From assembly GCA_013151235.1 (NCBI GenBank), contig JAADIO010000053.1, positions 1 to 19,058 on the forward strand: a stretch of 19,058 nt of DNA, written 5' to 3'. Position numbers and translations under genes: made by a program. The DNA is from Deltaproteobacteria bacterium. GTDB lineage: Bacteria > CG2-30-53-67. How positions within the stretch are numbered: the stretch's first letter is position 1; the number at the start of each line of letters is the position of its first letter. Positions 1-7,771 of this stretch are shown in pieces. A model generated the notes under the pieces. It was given only the letters and a program-made list of their open reading frames with translations, ran no database searches and was not told the DNA's origin.

Positions 1-87
1 GATCTTCCCGATCATATTGTGGAGCATTACTTCATTCTTTTGAGGATAGAGCGGGACCTCTGGAAGAAGAAACTCCCTTCACCATGA
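1..87 (+). CDS. Possible 3' end of a gene entering from the left (…DLPDHIVEHYFILLRIERDLWKKKLPSP*)
   Basis: Frame 1 is open from base 1 to TGA at 85-87 and is followed by a hairpin; too short to identify. Confidence 0.3.
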   Translation, partial: DLPDHIVEHYFILLRIERDLWKKKLPSP

Positions 88-102
88 TGACCACGGACCG
101 TA

Positions 103-143
103 AACAGCCCGCATGAATTGGTGTTAGGCCTTGACGGGCTGTT
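103..143. terminator. Inverted repeat between convergent ORFs, possible terminator
   Basis: AACAGCCCG (103-111) / CGGGCTGTT (135-143) form a 9-bp stem with a long loop; only short U-runs. Confidence 0.3.
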
Positions 144-171
144 ACCGAGATATCGCTTATCAATTAAACGC

Positions 172-750
172 CTATCCCCGAATCCGGGTCAGACCAAAAA
201 GCCCGACAAGACCACTCCCCAACAGCAAAAGAGAGGCCGGTTCGGGAACGACCGTTGCGATCCCGCAAAGTTTCGAGCTTTTCACGAAAACATCGCCCCC
301 GAAAAATGGGATGGCTGCAAGATCCACCTGCAGCTGCCGGTCACTGTTCAAAGCAGCCAAGGCCGGAGCCGGAAGATCAAACAGCATCAGTCGATTCTGC
401 AACAGACTGCCTGGAACCCGGCTCACAAAAAGCCTTTTCCCCAGCGGTATCCCATCGCCCTGCACACCAATGATTGATAAACCGATGGAAAGATTCAGAT
501 CGGGAGGGCAGATATGTCCTGTCCCGGTCGTGATATCCGCCTGGATAAGCAATTTCGCTGCATTAATCGTCACATCCTCTCCCCCCGGCAGGGGCGGAGA
601 AAAATCCCCGTCATCGAGAACATGGAGATAACTCGTGCTTCCCGGATTCAGAACCGTATCGCTGAAAGTAATCGGTGACGCTTCCAATACACTCGCGGTC
701 ACCATCCATAACAACAACACAGCCAAGCTGCTGAATATCCTGTATTTCAT
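172..750 (-). CDS. PEP-CTERM sorting-domain protein (exported, 192 aa)
   Basis: N-terminal signal peptide (MKYRIFSSLAVLLLWMVTASVLEA); C-terminal VPEPASLLLLGSGLVGLFGLTRIRG = PEP motif, transmembrane helix, basic tail; GAGGA/GGAG upstream of the ATG. Confidence 0.9.
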   Translation of the reverse strand: MKYRIFSSLAVLLLWMVTASVLEASPITFSDTVLNPGSTSYLHVLDDGDFSPPLPGGEDVTINAAKLLIQADITTGTGHICPPDLNLSIGLSIIGVQGDGIPLGKRLFVSRVPGSLLQNRLMLFDLPAPALAALNSDRQLQVDLAAIPFFGGDVFVKSSKLCGIATVVPEPASLLLLGSGLVGLFGLTRIRG

Positions 751-1156
751 TTTCTCATCCTCTCCTTATTCCGTTTCGTTTCAAAAGTCAACGCACCACA
801 TGCCCCTCATAATCTCTTCTCTCTCAACCACGCTTCCGGGCAAAACCGGATCAGTTCGATCAGACCGGAAGCGATGTGAGGAGAAGAGATCCGAGCTTGG
901 GAACGACATTCACATCAACACTGACAAACGACAACGTTCTCCTAAAAAAATACTCAATTCACCAACCCTGATGGCCCTGGTGGCCTCCCATAATAGCTTC
1001 GTTAAATTCCGAAATCGCGTCTCCCTACAGAACCGTTTCCGTCCAGATCTCGATCCGGATCAGGGGTTGACACTTCAGTACAACGGATATGATCTCATGC
1101 CTGAAGTAAGCTGTTTATCCTATATTAGAAGTAACTTGAGAAGGGCAAAAGTCGCG

Positions 1157-1416
1157 GAGAACGTAAAATATTTTCGCACATTTAAAAAGGACATGACAGC
1201 CTTCCATCTGGTTTATTTCAGTCCGCCAAGAACAAACAACCGGAAGGAGACCACCATGTCCAGAAAAAATTGTAACGTAAAATCAGGAAATTTGATAGAG
1301 ATCGATGAAACGAAAGTTACCCGGCACTTGAGCGAAATTGTTCGGGGGACTGTAGAAGAAACGTTGAACAGCCTACTGAGGCGAAAACCGATAGATTGTG
1401 CAATGCAAAGAGATTC
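1157..1416 (+). mobile_element. IS256-family remnant: left-end-like sequence plus frameshifted transposase N-terminus
   Basis: GAGAACGTAAAATATTTTCGCACATTT (1157-1183) resembles IS256-family termini; AAGGAG RBS and ATG at 1256 give …IEIDETKVTRHLSEIVRGTVEETLNSLL, and after a 1-nt shift near 1378 EAKTDRLCNAKRF, matching the IS256 N-terminal pattern (LVRGTVEETLNxLLxAEADxLC). Confidence 0.75.
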
Positions 1417-1510
1417 AAAAGCACCTCAAGGATAAAAGTCCATCTATGCCGACTCGGACCACTCCAGAAAATGGTTTTTCAGGTGGCTCAAGAGATACCA
1501 AATCGGTGAC
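1413..1510 (+). pseudogene. Fragment of a transposase N-terminal helix-turn-helix (IS481-like)
   Basis: Two frames give IQKHLKDKSP and KSIYADSDHSRKWFFRWLKRYQIGD; S-R-K-W-F-x-x-W-L-K-R-Y is typical of IS481/IS630-type HTH N-termini. Confidence 0.55.
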
Positions 1511-1597
1511 ACCGCACCGGGAATGTAAGGAATTCAGGTCGGGAAACCCGCAAAACAACGCTCGGGTCGCGGCGGTCCACACAAGCAAACAGGTTAT

Positions 1598-1708
1598 GCC
1601 GCCTCAATTCGAGACATGCGTATAGATCATTGTCGTCTTGACGTCCTTGTGCCCAAGCAATTCCTGTACCGTTCTGAGGTCATACCCGTCATGCAGGAGA
1701 TGTGCAGC
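1598..1708 (-). pseudogene. Integron-integrase-like tyrosine recombinase C-terminal fragment
   Basis: Minus strand translates [36 protein letters not shown] (TGA at 1606-1604), matching the IntI tail [30 protein letters not shown]; the rest of the gene is missing. Confidence 0.8.
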
Positions 1709-1766
1709 ATCGGAGAAAAAATAACATCCAGCATTTTACACCTATTCTTTAGAATGAATATACGTG

Positions 1767-1795
1767 ATACTATATTTTGAATCTTCTTCTGTCAA
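1767..1795 (-). promoter_or_regulatory. Sigma70-like promoter facing the integrase remnant
   Basis: TTGACA-17 nt-TAGTAT on the minus strand. Confidence 0.45.
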
Positions 1796-1822
1796 GGCCT
1801 TTCCGGGGCGCGAAATTTATAT

Positions 1823-1857
1823 AAAAAAACGCCGCCCCCGGCTGGAGAGCGGCGTTT
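1823..1857 (-). terminator. Rho-independent terminator of tRNA-Val
   Basis: Minus strand AAACGCCGCTCTCCAGCCGGGGGCGGCGTTTTTTT: GC-rich stem followed by T7, 10 nt after the tRNA CCA. Confidence 0.85.
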
Positions 1858-1867
1858 CAATTACCAA

Positions 1868-1942
1868 TGGTGGGCGATGCCGGGTTCGAACCGGCGACTT
1901 CCACCGTGTGAAGATGGCACTCTCCCACTGAGTTAATCGCCC
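1868..1942 (-). tRNA. tRNA-Val (anticodon CAC)
   Basis: GGGCGAT…ATCGCCC-ACCA acceptor, anticodon arm CCATC-TT-CAC-AC-GGTGG, T-loop GGTTCGAACC, encoded CCA; 75 nt. Confidence 0.97.
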
Positions 1943-1965
1943 ATGATCCTGTTGCACAGGGAAAG

Positions 1966-1993
1966 ATCGTATAAAAATCGCTTGATATGTCAA
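1966..1993 (-). promoter_or_regulatory. Sigma70-like promoter for tRNA-Val
   Basis: TTGACA-16 nt-TACGAT on the minus strand just upstream of the tRNA. Confidence 0.55.
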
Positions 1994-2006
1994 CTGCTGT
2001 TTTGCT

Positions 2007-3059
2007 TTACTTCGGCGTCGGTGCTTCCGTCTTCAGCGCGGTCTGTATCGTTGCCGCTTGCTGCAAGGAGTCAAGATATTTGCTTAATTTTGTCCGGAAG
2101 GCGGCCTCCTCCAGATATTTCCTGATATTCTTAGACGCCTCTTTGAGGGGGATTTCCCGGCCCGGTTTCCTATCCATACACTTGATGATATGAAATCCGA
2201 AGAAGGTCCGGATCACGTCGCTGGTCTGCCCCACCTTGAGAGAAAAGGCGGCCTGATCAAATTCCGGAACCATCTGGCCATGGGTAAAATACCCGAGGTC
2301 ACCACCGTTCATTTTGGCCGAAGGGTCTTCGGAGTTCTCCCGGGCAAGGGTATTAAAATCCTCTCCCTTTTTCACACGTGCCAGCAGAGCATCAATCTTT
2401 TTCCGTGCTGCGGCTTCTTCCTTTTTCGGTGCATTCTTGGCAACCCGGATGAGAATATGACTGGCCCGGACCGATTCGGGCTCTTTCATCTTGTCCTTGT
2501 TCTTTTCGTAGAAAGCCTTTACCTCATCGTCGGAGACGGTGATTCCCTTCCGGATCTTTTCATCGAGGAGCGTCTTGATTCGGATGCTTTTCTCGACCTT
2601 TCCGCGCAGGTCCGCTTCCGTCATTTTCTGCTTCGCCAATGCCTTTTTGAACCCCTCTTCGCCGGGGAAGGACTTTTTCAGTGACACAATCTTTGCATCT
2701 ACAAGGCTGTTGAGGTCGTCAATTTTGAGCTTCTTGCCTTCCTGGTTGAGCAGTTCCGTTTCGATCATCTTCTGAAGCACCGTCTTTTTGAAATCATTCA
2801 TCTGTTTTTCAGAAGTCACCATTCCCTTGATCTGCGGGTTCTGGCCCAGCGCCGCATTCACGGCCTGTGTCAGGTCCGTTGCGGGGATCTCCACATGATT
2901 TACTTCCGCCACAACACCGGCCGGAAGTTCGGCCGACTGCTTCACGGCGGGGGTATCAGGTGCCGCCTTGGCGGAATCCTTCGCGGCCGGACAGGCCGTG
3001 ACAAGCAACAAGCCCAGGATAAACCCGTATGCGCTGATGGTACGGAATGTTCTTCTCAA
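2007..3059 (-). CDS. PpiC/parvulin-type peptidyl-prolyl cis-trans isomerase with SurA-like N-terminal domain, probable lipoprotein
   Basis: Lipobox-like LVTAC; parvulin motifs VRASHILI, LARENSEDP, GGDLGYF, MVPEFDQAAF, FGFHII; TTG start with AAGGAG RBS. Confidence 0.92.
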   Translation of the reverse strand: MRRTFRTISAYGFILGLLLVTACPAAKDSAKAAPDTPAVKQSAELPAGVVAEVNHVEIPATDLTQAVNAALGQNPQIKGMVTSEKQMNDFKKTVLQKMIETELLNQEGKKLKIDDLNSLVDAKIVSLKKSFPGEEGFKKALAKQKMTEADLRGKVEKSIRIKTLLDEKIRKGITVSDDEVKAFYEKNKDKMKEPESVRASHILIRVAKNAPKKEEAAARKKIDALLARVKKGEDFNTLARENSEDPSAKMNGGDLGYFTHGQMVPEFDQAAFSLKVGQTSDVIRTFFGFHIIKCMDRKPGREIPLKEASKNIRKYLEEAAFRTKLSKYLDSLQQAATIQTALKTEAPTPK

Positions 3060-3136
3060 TGTCAGTCTCCTTTTGGACAGATCACGAATGAGGCGCCGGA
3101 GATCTCACAAGACTCCGAGCGCAGAAAACAGTAGAG

Positions 3137-3166
3137 ATCATATCAGGGGCCATGGCAGGGGGTCAA
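3137..3166 (-). promoter_or_regulatory. Sigma70-like promoter for the PPIase gene
   Basis: TTGACC-18 nt-TATGAT with TG extended -10 on the minus strand. Confidence 0.45.
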
Positions 3167-3267
3167 GATATTTTTCCCCGTCCCCGGGGTTGCCGAAATG
3201 GGAATTCTCTGTTACCTATTGAAAGAGAAAGCACTCTCTGCCTGAACGGAAAACAGGAGGCGTACCA

Positions 3268-5196
3268 TTGGGAATGAATGTTGTGCAAAAGATTCTTGAA
3301 GCCCACCGGGTGAAGGGGAGAGAAATCCCCGGAGAAGAGATCGCCCTCCGAATCGACCAGACCCTGACGCAGGATGCAACGGGAACCCTGGTCTATCTGG
3401 AATTCGAGTCTCTGGGAATCCCCCGGGTCCGGACGGAGCTTTCCGTCAGTTACGTAGATCATAATCTCCTCCAGGCCGATTTCAGAAACGCAGATGATCA
3501 TCGGTTTCTCCAGTCCACGGCCGCCCGATACGGGGCCTGGTTTTCCCGGCCGGGGAACGGAATCTCTCATCAGGTCCACCTGGAAAGCTTCGGCATCCCC
3601 GGCAAGATCCTTCTCGGTTCGGACAGCCATACACCGACGGGGGGCGGACTCGGAATGCTGGCCATCGGTACGGGCGGTCTCGATGTGGCCATGGCCATGG
3701 CGGGGAAGCCATTTTACCTGAAAGCCCCGAAAATTTGGGGCGTACGCCTGACCGGTGAACTCCCCCCCTGGGTTTCCGCCAAGGACGTAATCCTTGAGAT
3801 GCTCCGTCGTTTTTCCGTAAAAGGGGGCGTGGGAAAGATCATAGAGTATTTCGGCCCCGGCGTGGCCGCCCTGCAAGTCCCGGACCGGGGGACCATTGCC
3901 AACATGGGAGCGGAACTCGGCGCCACGGGGACGGTTTTTCCTTCGGATGAAAATACCCTCCGGTTCCTTGCGGCCGAAGGAAGGGAGGACCAATGGCGGG
4001 CGCTGACGGCCGATCCCGATGCCGAATACGATGAAATTACCGAGATCGATCTCTCCACGCTGGAACCCCTGATCGCCTGCCCTTCCTCCCCCGATAATGT
4101 AAAAAAGGTTTCCGAAGTGGAAGGGACAGCAGTGCACCAGGTCATTATCGGCTCCTCCGTCAACTCCACCTACCGGGACCTGATGGTGACGGCACTGGTT
4201 ATGGAAGGTCGGCAGGCCCATCCGAACGTGAGCTTCGAAATCAATCCCGGATCCCGTCAGGTCATGGAAAATGTGGCCGCAGGCGGCGGGATACTTCCCC
4301 TGATCCATGGCGGCGCCCGCATTCACCAGTCGGGCTGCCTGGGATGCATCGGAATGGGACAGGCCCCGGCCACGGGGACGGTCTCGCTTCGGACCTTTCC
4401 CCGGAACTTCCCCGGCCGGAGCGGCACCGAAGGAGACCGGGTCTATCTCTGCAGCCCGGAGACAGCCGTGGCCGCAGCGGTCTTCGGCAAGATCACCGAT
4501 CCCCGGAAATTGGGAAACTATCCGCGAGTCGATCTCCCGGAACAGTTCATCGTGAATAACGACATGATCCTCCCGCCCCCCGAGGATGGGTCGCAGGTCG
4601 AAATTCTCCGGGGCCCGAATATCCAGCCCTTCCCCGAACTTGACCCCCTTCCCGACGAGATCGGAGGGGAGGTCTGGCTCAAGGTGGGAGACAACATTAC
4701 CACGGATCATATCATGCCGGCCGGGAGCCGGGTCCTCCCCTTCCGGAGCAATATCCCGGCCATCAGCGAATTCGTCTATCACGCCGTCGATCCCGGTTTC
4801 GTGAGACGGGCCCGGGAGAACGGGACGGGGATCATCATCGGTGGAGAAAATTACGGACAGGGATCCTCCCGGGAACATGCGGCGCTGGCACCCCGCTACT
4901 TGGGGGTCCGGGCCAAGATCGTAAAGAGTTTCGCCCGGATTCACAAGGCCAACCTGATCAATTTCGGGATCCTGCCGCTGGAGTTCGTCGATCCGGCGGA
5001 TTATGACCGTATTTCCCAGGGGGACGACTTCCGGATCATCGACGCGAAGAAGATCCTGGCGGGAGGGGGCGACGAGATCTCCGTCAAAATCGGGACGCGT
5101 CGTATCCTCTCCCGGGCGATCCTCTCCGAACGGGAGCGGAAAACACTGATCGCCGGAGGGTTGATCAACTACGTCAGGAACGATACGATCGGGTAG
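3268..5196 (+). CDS. Aconitate hydratase (short ~640 aa single-chain type)
   Basis: Motifs TQDATGT, YVDH, GNGISHQ, GSDSHT, CLGCIG, RNFPGR, DNITTDHI, NYGQGSSREHAAL, SFARIH; AGGAGG RBS before TTG. Confidence 0.92.
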   Translation: MGMNVVQKILEAHRVKGREIPGEEIALRIDQTLTQDATGTLVYLEFESLGIPRVRTELSVSYVDHNLLQADFRNADDHRFLQSTAARYGAWFSRPGNGISHQVHLESFGIPGKILLGSDSHTPTGGGLGMLAIGTGGLDVAMAMAGKPFYLKAPKIWGVRLTGELPPWVSAKDVILEMLRRFSVKGGVGKIIEYFGPGVAALQVPDRGTIANMGAELGATGTVFPSDENTLRFLAAEGREDQWRALTADPDAEYDEITEIDLSTLEPLIACPSSPDNVKKVSEVEGTAVHQVIIGSSVNSTYRDLMVTALVMEGRQAHPNVSFEINPGSRQVMENVAAGGGILPLIHGGARIHQSGCLGCIGMGQAPATGTVSLRTFPRNFPGRSGTEGDRVYLCSPETAVAAAVFGKITDPRKLGNYPRVDLPEQFIVNNDMILPPPEDGSQVEILRGPNIQPFPELDPLPDEIGGEVWLKVGDNITTDHIMPAGSRVLPFRSNIPAISEFVYHAVDPGFVRRARENGTGIIIGGENYGQGSSREHAALAPRYLGVRAKIVKSFARIHKANLINFGILPLEFVDPADYDRISQGDDFRIIDAKKILAGGGDEISVKIGTRRILSRAILSERERKTLIAGGLINYVRNDTIG

Positions 5197-5258
5197 CCAG
5201 TGGCGCTTTCTTCTCTTTATATGATAAAACCCGCAGACATTTCGACAGAATCAACAAG

Positions 5259-5927
5259 ATGGGACAAGCGATGCACCTCCCCTGGGACAAAATCGATACA
5301 GTTCTCCTCGATATGGACGGGACTCTTCTCGATCTCCATTTCGACAACTACTTCTGGCTCGAATATGTCCCCGCCGTCTATGCCGACGGCAATGGAATTT
5401 CCAGGGATGAGGCGACGGAAGAACTCCTGAAGCGATACAAGCGGGAAGAGGGGACCCTGAACTGGACCGACCTCGACTTCTGGTCAAGGGAACTCGACCT
5501 TGATATCCCAACCCTCAAGACCGAGGTGGACCACCTGATCCAGGTCCATCCTCATGTCGAATCTTTTCTGAAGTTTCTGCAAAAATCGGAGAAAAAGATC
5601 TACCTCGTCACAAATGCACACAGCAAAACCCTCGATCTGAAAATGAAGAAGACCCGGCTCAGCCCCTGCTTCCACGGCATTATCTCGGCACACGATCTCG
5701 GGATTCCGAAGGAGAAGGCCCGATTCTGGGAGGTCCTTGATGAAAGAATCGGCTACAATCCGGAGCGGACCCTGCTGGCCGAAGACAGCGAGGCCAACCT
5801 GCGATCCGCTCAGACCGCCGGGATCGGTCATCTCATCTTTGTTGCCAAACCGAGTACAAAGGACCCGCCGCAAAGCTCCGCCGACTTTCCCTCCATTCGC
5901 TACTTTAACGAACTCCTTCCCTCCTGA
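5259..5927 (+). CDS. HAD-family hydrolase, YrfG-like GMP/IMP nucleotidase
   Basis: WDKIDTVLLDMDGTLLDLHFDNYFW, GTLNW, LVTNAH, PKE…FW resemble YrfG; the start may be ATG 5271. Confidence 0.85.
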   Translation: MGQAMHLPWDKIDTVLLDMDGTLLDLHFDNYFWLEYVPAVYADGNGISRDEATEELLKRYKREEGTLNWTDLDFWSRELDLDIPTLKTEVDHLIQVHPHVESFLKFLQKSEKKIYLVTNAHSKTLDLKMKKTRLSPCFHGIISAHDLGIPKEKARFWEVLDERIGYNPERTLLAEDSEANLRSAQTAGIGHLIFVAKPSTKDPPQSSADFPSIRYFNELLPS

Positions 5928-6008
5928 CGGTGGGTTTCACGCCTCTCCGGGAAAAAGGTTGTGTTTGTTGACAATTTACACTATAGTAGAAATAGAGGTG
6001 ACGGATTT

Positions 6009-6482
6009 ATGACCGGGGCACAAACAGACAATCATTGCATAACTGAAGATCGGCGGGAGACACCTCGCCGGGACACGGAGTTTCCGGCCCGGTTTCGTGT
6101 GATCAGTGGAGAAACGGGCAGGGTGAGCAAGGAAATCCCCGGTGCCGTAAAGAACCTGTCGGAATCCGGTTTCTGCTTGGCCACCAACTTTACTATCGTG
6201 GAAGAACTGCATGTTCTCTCCAGCAGTTCCGGCGTGACGGGGAATATTCTGGAACTCACGATTTCCGTTCCAGGCCACAATAACCTGAGAATGTCCGGGA
6301 CCGCCTGCTGGTATGATCTGACCGACAAAGACGATCCTTACCGTTACAACGTCGGAATCCACATCACGGAAATTTCCTCCGCAGACCTTACTTCTCTGAA
6401 AAGATTTCTCAAAGAAGAACGAAAAGCCCGGTGGAAATCCTTTGGGAAAAACTGGTTGTCACGATTCCGGCGGAAAGGTTGA
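6009..6482 (+). CDS. Stand-alone PilZ-domain protein (c-di-GMP receptor)
   Basis: RxxxR (RRETPR) and (D/N)xSxxG (NLSESG) motifs; ATG 6009 follows GAGGTG. Confidence 0.8.
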   Translation: MTGAQTDNHCITEDRRETPRRDTEFPARFRVISGETGRVSKEIPGAVKNLSESGFCLATNFTIVEELHVLSSSSGVTGNILELTISVPGHNNLRMSGTACWYDLTDKDDPYRYNVGIHITEISSADLTSLKRFLKEERKARWKSFGKNWLSRFRRKG

Positions 6483-6630
6483 AGCATTCCATTCATCAGG
6501 AAGTTCGGTGACTCCCCGGAGACCTGCCGGCCGGTATGTAAAGAACAGATAGACGTACGGAGATGATTGCCAAGAGAATCTTCGCCGGCATGGAACGCTC
6601 ACACGGAGGAAAGCCACAGGCAAGACCTTC

Positions 6631-7521
6631 CTACTTAAGCACCGCCATTTTCTCCAGCGCAATCTTCGCTTCCTCACTCTTGGGATACTTATCCACAATC
6701 TTCTTCAGGATCTGACGGGCCGTATCATTGTCCTTCAACTCGTGGAAGGCGAGACCCTCTTTAAGCAAAGCCGCCGGAACCTTGTCCCCTTTGGGATATT
6801 GCCGGACCACTTCCTCGAATTCGATAATGGCTTCATCATATTTCTTCAGGCCGTAATAGCATTCCCCGATCCAGTATTGAGCATTGTCACTCAGATCATG
6901 CCCGGGATACGCCTTGATAAATTTGCGAAATCGTCGGATGGCCGGATCATATTTGTCCGCCTTCAGAAGATCCATTGCATCATTATAGGCTTTCCTCTCC
7001 GGAGTTACTTGCGGCAATGCCTGCACTGCACCCTTCCCGGCACCTGACGAGGGGGCCGTTGCCGGGGCAACCACCTTTTCCTTGAGGGAAGGCGCCGGCG
7101 AAGTCCCGCCGGGCATTGCCGCTTCCGGTACGCTCTCCGCCGGAGAAGAGAACTGCGTCTCCAACTCCCGGACCTTCCCCTCCAGGGACTGCAACCTTTC
7201 CTTCAAAGAGCGGATCTCTTCATAGACCCCTTCCTGATTGAAAATCGGGTTCTCCTTCGGGACGATCCCCGTTTGCAGATCATCCAACCGGCCGGAGAGG
7301 ATCTGGATCTGGCTGTTTATTTTATCCATCCGGGCCGCATGATCGGCAAGCCGGGTCCGAAGATCCCGGGAAGCTACCCCCCATTCCGCAGACTTCGACA
7401 GAACATCCTTCATCTGCCCTTCCAGGAAATTAATACGGGCATCCTGATCCATGGACGCACATGCCGTCAGCAGGAAACCCACAAGAACCGGCACAATCCA
7501 CTTGAATCCTTTACCAATCAT
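6631..7521 (-). CDS. cpoB: Tol-Pal system protein CpoB/YbgF (coiled coil plus TPR), probable lipoprotein
   Basis: Lipobox LTAC, coiled-coil region, C-terminal NAQYWIGECYY…YPKGDKVPAALLK…YPKSEEA; lies downstream of pal. Confidence 0.93.
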   Translation of the reverse strand: MIGKGFKWIVPVLVGFLLTACASMDQDARINFLEGQMKDVLSKSAEWGVASRDLRTRLADHAARMDKINSQIQILSGRLDDLQTGIVPKENPIFNQEGVYEEIRSLKERLQSLEGKVRELETQFSSPAESVPEAAMPGGTSPAPSLKEKVVAPATAPSSGAGKGAVQALPQVTPERKAYNDAMDLLKADKYDPAIRRFRKFIKAYPGHDLSDNAQYWIGECYYGLKKYDEAIIEFEEVVRQYPKGDKVPAALLKEGLAFHELKDNDTARQILKKIVDKYPKSEEAKIALEKMAVLK

Positions 7522-7589
7522 ATCAAACCCTTCTGATGATGAAACAACTCATTCCTGCCGGGAATACCCGAATAGGAGATTGGAAGATT

Positions 7590-7767
7590 GATGAAGTCGT
7601 AAAAAGTCGTTTTCCGGATTCCGTTCATGGTTCGACAGGCTTCCGAGCATGGTGAGCTTGTCGAACCACACGAACGGAATATCAATCACTTACACCGTTC
7701 GCCCTGAGTACGCCTGTCCTGAGCCGGCCGAAGGGTCGAAGGGCTTCGTGACTTTTACGACACCATC
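7590..7767. mobile_element. MITE-like non-autonomous element (178 bp) with internal REP-like hairpins
   Basis: Terminal inverted repeats GATGAAGTCGTAAAAAGTC / GACTTTTACGACACCATC; direct repeat AAGATT at 7584-7589 and 7768-7773; first 50 bp recur exactly at 18989-19038. Confidence 0.85.
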
Positions 7768-7771
7768 AAGA

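Noticed and set aside
76-129. GTTAGGC core (123-129) after a short ORF as a possible attC site
   Set aside because: No RYYYAAC inverse core or matching L boxes upstream; the core lies in the loop of an unrelated hairpin.
790-875. Sigma54 promoter or c-di-GMP riboswitch upstream of the PEP-CTERM gene
   Set aside because: The GG-N10-GC match is poor; GGGCAAAACC is on the wrong strand and lacks the GAAA loop and GACGCAAAGC motif; only a CGCTTCCGG/CCGGAAGCG inverted repeat remains.
635-1435. 266-aa plus-strand ORF
   Set aside because: Chance read-through of antisense and intergenic DNA; only the part from ATG 1256 looks coding (IS256 remnant).
3163-4944. 593-aa minus-strand ORF, and similar long antisense ORFs at 8463-9728, 12680-13702, 13383-14627, 15462-16244
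   Set aside because: Shadows of well-supported GC-rich genes on the opposite strand; no recognisable motifs.
7590-7767. Repeats as a CRISPR array, and small ORFs 7649-7891 and 7690-7884
   Set aside because: No regular repeat-spacer period and no cas genes; the ORFs are translations of the repeat and of pal in other frames.
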